Notes under the pieces: model-generated | Database searches by the model: none | What the model was told of the DNA's origin: nothing | Seen by the model: only the letters and a program-made list of their open reading frames with translations | In this document: in pieces, positions 58,470 through 64,000 of the stretch | Layout: every line of letters begins with the position of its first letter | How positions within the stretch are numbered: position 1 is the stretch's first letter | Source of the DNA: Bdellovibrionales bacterium | GTDB taxonomy: Bacteria; Bdellovibrionota; Bdellovibrionia; Bdellovibrionales; JAGQZY01 | Assembly: GCA_964230645.1 (NCBI GenBank) | Contig: CAXRHT010000001.1 | Location: 256,001-320,000, forward strand | Reading direction: 5' to 3' | Length of the DNA stretch: 64,000 nucleotides | Made by a program: the position numbers and the translations under genes

Positions 58470-59828
58470 ATGAAGCTGAATCCAACCAATAAGGCCATTT
58501 TAAAAAGGTTACTGGTTGGTCGCAATTCTCGTCCACTGAAATCCATCATCCAAAGAGTGGAGCCCGCCGACCTTGCCTCCTACCTCACTCAGCTTTCTAA
58601 ACTGGAAAAACGTCGGCTCATTGAGGCACTTGCCACTGTTCAAAAAGCGGGCACAGTTTTAGAACAACTGCCTGAAGCTCAACTTCCCGACCTACTGGCT
58701 GGTATTGATGATGAAAAACTCTCGCGCATTATAAAACACAGCTCAATCAGCGAAGGCTCTTATCTTCTCCAGTTTATAGACTCTGAGCGTCACAACCCGC
58801 TCCTGATTAATCTCACTGCGGATCACAAGGAAAAACTCCTGCAGTTTCTAAACTTCCCTGAGGATTCCGCCGGCCGCATAATGGATTCCCATTTTTTTAC
58901 CATGTCTTCAGAACTGACCGCCCGGCAAGGCCTCGAGTTGTTAAGGCAAAAATCCAAAGAGGAGAGCATTTACTACATTTATTGTGTAGAGGACGATCAG
59001 CGTCTTACTGGAGTGGTCTCACTCAGAGACCTTGCCACCTGTGATCCCGATAAGCCCATCATGGAACTCACAAAAAAAGATATCGTTACAGTTCAACCTG
59101 AAATGCCGGAAGAACGTGTTGCTCAACTTGTGAGTCACTACGATTTCGTCGCTCTCCCGGTAGTGGACGATCAGGGTCGCATTATTGGGATCATCACAGT
59201 CGACGATGTTCTCGATATTATCGAAGAGCAAGCGACCGCGGGAATTTACGCAAGTGCTGGTCTACAGGAAAGTGACCGGGTTTACTCCCCACTTTCTCAA
59301 AAAATCATTAGTCGCACCCCCTGGATGATTTTAAATTTGGTATTGGCGGGGACCGCAAGTTTCGTTCTTCACCTCTTTGAAGGGGTGCTCGGTGAGCTAG
59401 TGATTCTTGCTGTCACAAAAAATATTGTCACTAGCACAAGTGGAAACGCCGCTATCCAAACCCTAACCGTGACCACTCGCGGACTGGCCGTTGATGATTT
59501 TCAGTACATTACTAAAAAAATGGTAATGATTCGTGAAACTCTCGTGGGCATGACCTTGGGCTTGATCACAGGATCTCTGGCTGGCCTAGCTATTTTTATA
59601 TTAAAAAGTGACCTTGGTTACAGTTTTTTTGTGGGCTTAATTATGTTCACCTCTATGGTTGCCACTTCAGTAGTAGCCTGTGTGGCCGGGGTGGGTGTTC
59701 CCATAATCATTAAGCAAGTAGGAAAAGATCCCGCTGTGGGCAGTGGTGTGATCGTAACAGTGATCACCGATATCTTTGGATTCTTTTCTTTCCTTGGACT
59801 GGCTGTACTTGCAATGCCCTACTTTTAA
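58470..59828 (+). CDS. mgtE: Magnesium transporter MgtE
   Basis: EDSAGRIM, CBS pair, GIITVDDV, R.PW, GNA..Q, DPA..SG...T..TD motifs; GAGAGG RBS before ATG at 58470. Confidence 0.95.
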   Translation: MKLNPTNKAILKRLLVGRNSRPLKSIIQRVEPADLASYLTQLSKLEKRRLIEALATVQKAGTVLEQLPEAQLPDLLAGIDDEKLSRIIKHSSISEGSYLLQFIDSERHNPLLINLTADHKEKLLQFLNFPEDSAGRIMDSHFFTMSSELTARQGLELLRQKSKEESIYYIYCVEDDQRLTGVVSLRDLATCDPDKPIMELTKKDIVTVQPEMPEERVAQLVSHYDFVALPVVDDQGRIIGIITVDDVLDIIEEQATAGIYASAGLQESDRVYSPLSQKIISRTPWMILNLVLAGTASFVLHLFEGVLGELVILAVTKNIVTSTSGNAAIQTLTVTTRGLAVDDFQYITKKMVMIRETLVGMTLGLITGSLAGLAIFILKSDLGYSFFVGLIMFTSMVATSVVACVAGVGVPIIIKQVGKDPAVGSGVIVTVITDIFGFFSFLGLAVLAMPYF

Positions 59829-59967
59829 TCCGAACGACCAGGACCCAATAAGCCTTCCGATCGGCAAATAAGGGACTTAAGACTGCGCGAAACCGACACA
59901 CTCAAAACCCAAAGTTTTTTGCCTAAGTCTGGGATTTAATTTAGCATTGTCTACTCCCTAAAGGCTC

Positions 59968-60972
59968 ATGTATCCTGAAACTATGTCAGAATCCGTAGCC
60001 GATAAAATCCGCCGATCCAACAGCATTTTACTTACCACTCACAGACAGTGTGATGGCGATGGTCTAGGTTCAGAATTAGCGATTTACCATGCATTGAAAA
60101 AAATCGGCAAAGAGGTTCGTATTTTGAATGTGGATGGCACTCCTAAAAAGTATGACTACCTCTCCCCGGATGAACACATCCAATACTACGATGGTGATTT
60201 TGATCCCATCGCAAATCCCGATTTGGCTTTGATTTTTGACACCAACGATCGCCGCCTCATTGAACCTCTTTATGAAGAATTAGAACAAAAGTGCAAAGAA
60301 ATTGTCTTCGTTGACCACCATCCTGTTTTACAGGAAGGTCCCGCACCCACTAAAGACTCCGTGATCAACATTCGCGCAGCAAGTACAGGGGAGCTCGCCT
60401 ACGATATTATCGAAGAATTACAGATTCCCCTGGATAAAAAAATCGCCAGAGCTCTCTACACGAGTATCGTTTTTGACACACAACTCTTTCGCTATGTGCG
60501 CAACTCGCCACGCTCCCACGAAGTGGCCATCGAGCTTCTCAAATATGAAAATGAACCAGCCGAAGTTCATCGTAAACTTTTTGGAAATTTCACTGCACCA
60601 AAACTTAAGTTTATTGCTCAGTCCCTAGCTGATGTGGACTTTTTTGACGATGAGAAATTAGCGATTCTATACATTAAAACCGATGACCTAAAAGAAATGG
60701 GTCTTGATATTGACGACAGTCGCGATTTAATCGATATGATCATGAACATTGAAAGTGTGCAGGCGGCTGCCGTGTTCAGAGAGGATTCTCCCGAGAATTT
60801 CAAACTCAGTCTTAGGAGCAAAGGCATCTTCCCAATTTTAGAGATTGCTGAAAACTTTGGTGGCGGAGGCCACCATTACGCCAGTGGCGCTTCCATTCAG
60901 GGCTCTATCAACAAACTGAAAGAACAGGTCCTTAAAGAAATGCGCGAGAAGCTCAATCGCAGTCTCTCTTAA
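59968..60972 (+). CDS. nrnA: DHH/DHHA1 oligoribonuclease / pAp phosphatase
   Basis: H...DGDGLGS, VDHH, DT..FRY, SLRSK and GGGGH..ASG motifs. Confidence 0.9.
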   Translation: MYPETMSESVADKIRRSNSILLTTHRQCDGDGLGSELAIYHALKKIGKEVRILNVDGTPKKYDYLSPDEHIQYYDGDFDPIANPDLALIFDTNDRRLIEPLYEELEQKCKEIVFVDHHPVLQEGPAPTKDSVINIRAASTGELAYDIIEELQIPLDKKIARALYTSIVFDTQLFRYVRNSPRSHEVAIELLKYENEPAEVHRKLFGNFTAPKLKFIAQSLADVDFFDDEKLAILYIKTDDLKEMGLDIDDSRDLIDMIMNIESVQAAAVFREDSPENFKLSLRSKGIFPILEIAENFGGGGHHYASGASIQGSINKLKEQVLKEMREKLNRSLS

Positions 60973-60993
60973 ATAACGCGAATTCAAAATTCA

Positions 60994-61437
60994 TTAAAAA
61001 AATGCTTTTAATTTTTCTCGCTTGGGTCGAGCTACGATAAAACCAACATAGGCAAATAAAACAAAGGGAATGGCCTTATAAGTATTGCGAGTAATAACGG
61101 AGAGAAGCACACCGTAAAGACCTAGAGTCTCAAGTAAAACAAACTGAAAAACATAGGCCACCAAGAGACTTTGTTTGCGATCTTTGACCGGCATCTTGAG
61201 CAAACTCTTTTTTCTGAGTGCCGTATAGTTTTTAAAGAAGAAAAGACCGAATAAAAAAGTCACCACTCCTAAAAAAATAAACACCCATTCTAATCGGGAG
61301 GTTGGCAAGGGCTCGCCTTTCACGAAAATCAACTGGCTCTGTACAAAAAATAAGGTGAGGGCCAGAGATAGCCCGACCCATAGATAAAAGGCCTGCCTGT
61401 GGGTGCTTTCAAAAATTTCCTGCTTGCGCTCGTCCAT
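60994..61437 (-). CDS. Hypothetical four-TM membrane protein
   Basis: Four hydrophobic segments; ATG at 61437 directly after a TTGTCT-N17-TATGAA promoter. Confidence 0.65.
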   Translation of the reverse strand: MDERKQEIFESTHRQAFYLWVGLSLALTLFFVQSQLIFVKGEPLPTSRLEWVFIFLGVVTFLFGLFFFKNYTALRKKSLLKMPVKDRKQSLLVAYVFQFVLLETLGLYGVLLSVITRNTYKAIPFVLFAYVGFIVARPKREKLKAFF

Positions 61438-61547
61438 GCTTATTTCATACCAATCCCCTTCTCTAAAGACAACGAGTCTTAAGCGAAAACAAACAAAGCC
61501 CCCCAAGCCAGTTCCCAAGACATCCTGAGCATGCTAAAATTGAACCT

Positions 61548-61982
61548 ATGGAAAAGAAAATTCTTCAATGGAATGAAGAGGGTCGCGAGAGCCTCCGCTT
61601 GGAATTTAAAATTAAAGAGGGCGCTATAGCCGAAATGGATATGAAAGCTGTGGGTTGCCTGGATTTCCTCAAACTCTGTCAGCAAATGAAAACGAAGCTG
61701 AAAGGACCCATTGTTGATCTTGCCGTACCGGAAGGCACTGATCACTCCTCAATGATTTGGCGAGAAATTATTTATCAATTAAAACAGGAGTGGCAAATCC
61801 CAGTGACAAGCACAGAGCTCTGCCATTGCCGACGAGTTCCCACCAAAGTCGTGGACCGATCCGTCGTTTATGGAGCTCACAGTATTGAAGAGGTCAGGAG
61901 TCAAACTTCAGCCAACACCGGCTGTGGTACCTGCCGTGAAGATGTTCTCTCAATTATCGGTAATAGGCTAAAACACTCATGA
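61548..61982 (+). CDS. BFD-like [2Fe-2S]-binding protein with NifU-like N-terminus
   Basis: LCHCRRV...T.ANTGCGTC BFD motif; N-terminal LEFKIK.G.I.....AVGC. Confidence 0.78.
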   Translation: MEKKILQWNEEGRESLRLEFKIKEGAIAEMDMKAVGCLDFLKLCQQMKTKLKGPIVDLAVPEGTDHSSMIWREIIYQLKQEWQIPVTSTELCHCRRVPTKVVDRSVVYGAHSIEEVRSQTSANTGCGTCREDVLSIIGNRLKHS

Positions 61983-62776
61983 AAGAATTCTACCAATACG
62001 ATTATAACGAACTTAGCGTCTTCCAGACTCCCAATCTTTGGCAAACTTATCAAAGTTACAATTACATTCTTGCTAAAGAAAAAGAGGCTGTGATCTTTGA
62101 CCCCGGAGAATTCGATCCATTGGTCAATACGATTGAAAAAAACGGTCTTAAACTCACTGGAATTTACCTTACCCACCACCATAACGATCATGTCGGCGCC
62201 GTGAGGGAAATGAAAAAAAAGTATTCATGTCCAGTCTACGGTTTCAAAGAGGATCAACATCGACTTCCGCTCGTTGATCACCATTTTGAAAGCGATGCAA
62301 GACTCAAGATTTTAGATCATGAGGTACATGTCTTTCATTGGCCAGGACACACTCTAGGGCTTTGTGCTTTTTATTTCCCCAAAGAGGAACTACTTTTCTC
62401 AAACGATCATATATTTAGTCTTGGCTGTGGTCGCGTTTTTGAAGGTACCTTTGAACAAATGTACAATAACCTTGAACGCGTCAAAGAGTTACCAAAAAGC
62501 ACTAAAATTTTCCCCTCCCATGAATACACAGCCGCAAACCTTGAGTTTTCACGCAGCATTCTGCCCGACGACAAAAAACTACAAAACTTGCAAGACTCCA
62601 TTAATAAAAAACTCTCCTCTGAAATTCCAACAGTCCCCACTCAACTTGATTTTGAACTAAAGAATAATCTCTTCCTAAGAACCCATGAGGAAGACTTAAA
62701 GAAAGCTTTAAATCTTTCCGGTCAATCCGACGCCGAGGTTTTTGCCGAACTAAGACGCCTCAAGGACGCCTTCTAA
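61979..62776 (+). CDS. gloB: Hydroxyacylglutathione hydrolase (glyoxalase II)
   Basis: THHHNDHVG, PGHTLG, FSLGCGRVFEG, HEYT..NL.F, TVPT and LRRLKD.F motifs. Confidence 0.92.
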   Translation: MKEFYQYDYNELSVFQTPNLWQTYQSYNYILAKEKEAVIFDPGEFDPLVNTIEKNGLKLTGIYLTHHHNDHVGAVREMKKKYSCPVYGFKEDQHRLPLVDHHFESDARLKILDHEVHVFHWPGHTLGLCAFYFPKEELLFSNDHIFSLGCGRVFEGTFEQMYNNLERVKELPKSTKIFPSHEYTAANLEFSRSILPDDKKLQNLQDSINKKLSSEIPTVPTQLDFELKNNLFLRTHEEDLKKALNLSGQSDAEVFAELRRLKDAF

Positions 62777-62778
62777 GT

Positions 62779-63008
62779 GTCTTCCTGAGCACAAATGTCA
62801 TCCTGAGCTTAGCGCCCAGTCATCCTGAGCGTAGCGAAGGATCTTTGGTCTTGAGCGACTACAATATGTCGTCTTGAGCGAAGCGAAAGACCTTAGATCC
62901 TTCGCTACGCTCAGGATGACTGGGCACTACGCTCAGGATGACTGGGCACTACGCTCAGGATGACTGGGCACTACGCTCAGGATAATTTGGCGCTAAGCTC
63001 AGGAAGAC
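62779..63008. repeat. GTC-tagged REP-like cluster 6 (largest)
   Basis: Three full units plus four tandem 22-mers of TGGGCACTACGCTCAGGATGAC type on the right and two partial units on the left. Confidence 0.95.
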
Positions 63009-63032
63009 CCGGCGCAAGGAGCTGCCAGTTAA

Positions 63033-63401
63033 TTATAGACTTTTTTGCGACTTGTGATTCTTACCTTTGAATTCTGATATCGGATATTTTAGGGCGTTTT
63101 TTTTCATCTTCTCTGCAAAGCAAGAGCTCAGGTCAAAATCATATCTCTGACTAAAACGAAGCAAGAAAAAGAGAACATCAGCAAGCTCCTCACCGATGGC
63201 TTGCCTCTTGTCAGGATGCTTGAGAATTTCTTCCTCTTGCTCAGCTGTCTGAAAGCGAAATATCTCTAACAGTTCTGCGGCTTCTGTAACAGCTCCGATG
63301 GCGAGGTCTTTGGGTCCATGGAAGGGATCCCAGTCCCGTTGTTCACAAAAATTTTGTATCTGTTTTTTTAACTCTTCTACATTCGTTGTTTGATCATTCA
63401 C
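63033..63401 (-). CDS. MazG-like nucleotide pyrophosphohydrolase
   Basis: F...RDW..FH.PKDLA.....EAAELLEIF, EELADV and K..KN..KYP motifs. Confidence 0.9.
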   Translation of the reverse strand: MNDQTTNVEELKKQIQNFCEQRDWDPFHGPKDLAIGAVTEAAELLEIFRFQTAEQEEEILKHPDKRQAIGEELADVLFFLLRFSQRYDFDLSSCFAEKMKKNALKYPISEFKGKNHKSQKSL

Positions 63402-64000
63402 TTTGGAAATTTCCCTTGCAGTCTGTGAGAGACAAAATCTAGGGCCTTTGGCAAAAGATCTTTATGACAAGCGATCACTCCCCTATTGAGATAGTCCTCT
63501 TTGCCGTACTCCATATTTTTCATGGTTTTTAATTCATATAAAACACATCCGGCCTCCTCGAGAATCACTTGCGCGGCCGCGGTATCCCACTCAGAGGTTG
63601 GGCCAAAGCGTAGATAAAGGTCCACCTCACCCTTGGCGATGTCACAGAACTTCAAGGCTGAGCCCTTTTCTCGGATGTCTCCAATATTGAAAGCTTTAAC
63701 CACCTCGTCCTTCCAAGGCTTTTTGTGGAACCCACTCGAATAGACCACCAATCGGTCGGCCGCTCCTTCATGAGTGATTTTTTCTTGTTCACAAAAAGCG
63801 CCGCGTCCACGGACCGCCCAATAAAGTTTTGAATTTATCGGGTCGTAGATGCCACCATAGGTGGGAATTCCATCCACCAAGAGGCCGACACAAATGGCGT
63901 ACTCGGGCTCGCCACGGGCAAAGTACTTTGTGCCGTCCAGCGGATCCACTAGGAAATAGGAGTCGCCCTCTGAGGGCGGGATGGCTGGCAAGTCTTCCTC
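63398..64000 (-). CDS. cysQ: 3'(2'),5'-bisphosphate nucleotidase CysQ / inositol monophosphatase family, 5' end outside the window
   Basis: LVDPLDGTK.F, GSALKFC.IA.G..DLY.RFGPTSEWDTAAAQ motifs. Confidence 0.88.
   Translation of the reverse strand, partial: EEDLPAIPPSEGDSYFLVDPLDGTKYFARGEPEYAICVGLLVDGIPTYGGIYDPINSKLYWAVRGRGAFCEQEKITHEGAADRLVVYSSGFHKKPWKDEVVKAFNIGDIREKGSALKFCDIAKGEVDLYLRFGPTSEWDTAAAQVILEEAGCVLYELKTMKNMEYGKEDYLNRGVIACHKDLLPKALDFVSHRLQGKFPK

Noticed and set aside
61519..61530. GACATCCTGAGC, a possible REP remnant in the BFD gene promoter
   Set aside because: Only 12 bp with one mismatch and no hairpin half; could be chance.
62894..63008. Tandem 22-bp repeats as a CRISPR array
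   Set aside because: No unique spacers, no cas genes, and the units are REP ends.

Overview
A densely coding bacterial chromosomal segment, mostly housekeeping and cell-envelope genes. The gene content points to a predatory Bdellovibrionota-type organism, which is my inference from an FQNC lipoprotein, a CglB-like VWA lipoprotein, an L,D-transpeptidase, HD-GYP and PilZ proteins, many secreted hypotheticals and repeated sigma28-like promoters. I found no rRNA, tRNA, CRISPR array, intact transposase, integrase or prophage. Recognisable genes include a partial uracil-DNA glycosylase family gene that the ORF track missed, TerC, a stand-alone PurD-like ligase, plsC, MscS, phoD, LysR, an OppA-like protein, yebC, sufE, cca, queG, sodB, hutG-ltaE-kynA, kynB, bcp, mutA-scpA-meaB, greA, mgtE, nrnA, gloB and a partial cysQ. 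The most interesting signals are: (1) a six-gene ECF-sigma module in which a 63-aa acidic protein copies the anti-sigma C-terminal tail and precedes a Tat-like, Arg-rich DUF3106-type protein; (2) six GTC-tagged REP-like clusters with covarying stems, GC-GNA-GC DNA mini-hairpins and outward tandem arrays; (3) a candidate 140-nt rod-shaped, 6S-like ncRNA at 7371-7510; (4) three long inverted-repeat elements; (5) a set of sigma28-like promoters and several apparently leaderless genes. All product calls come from motifs read by eye; no database searches were run.
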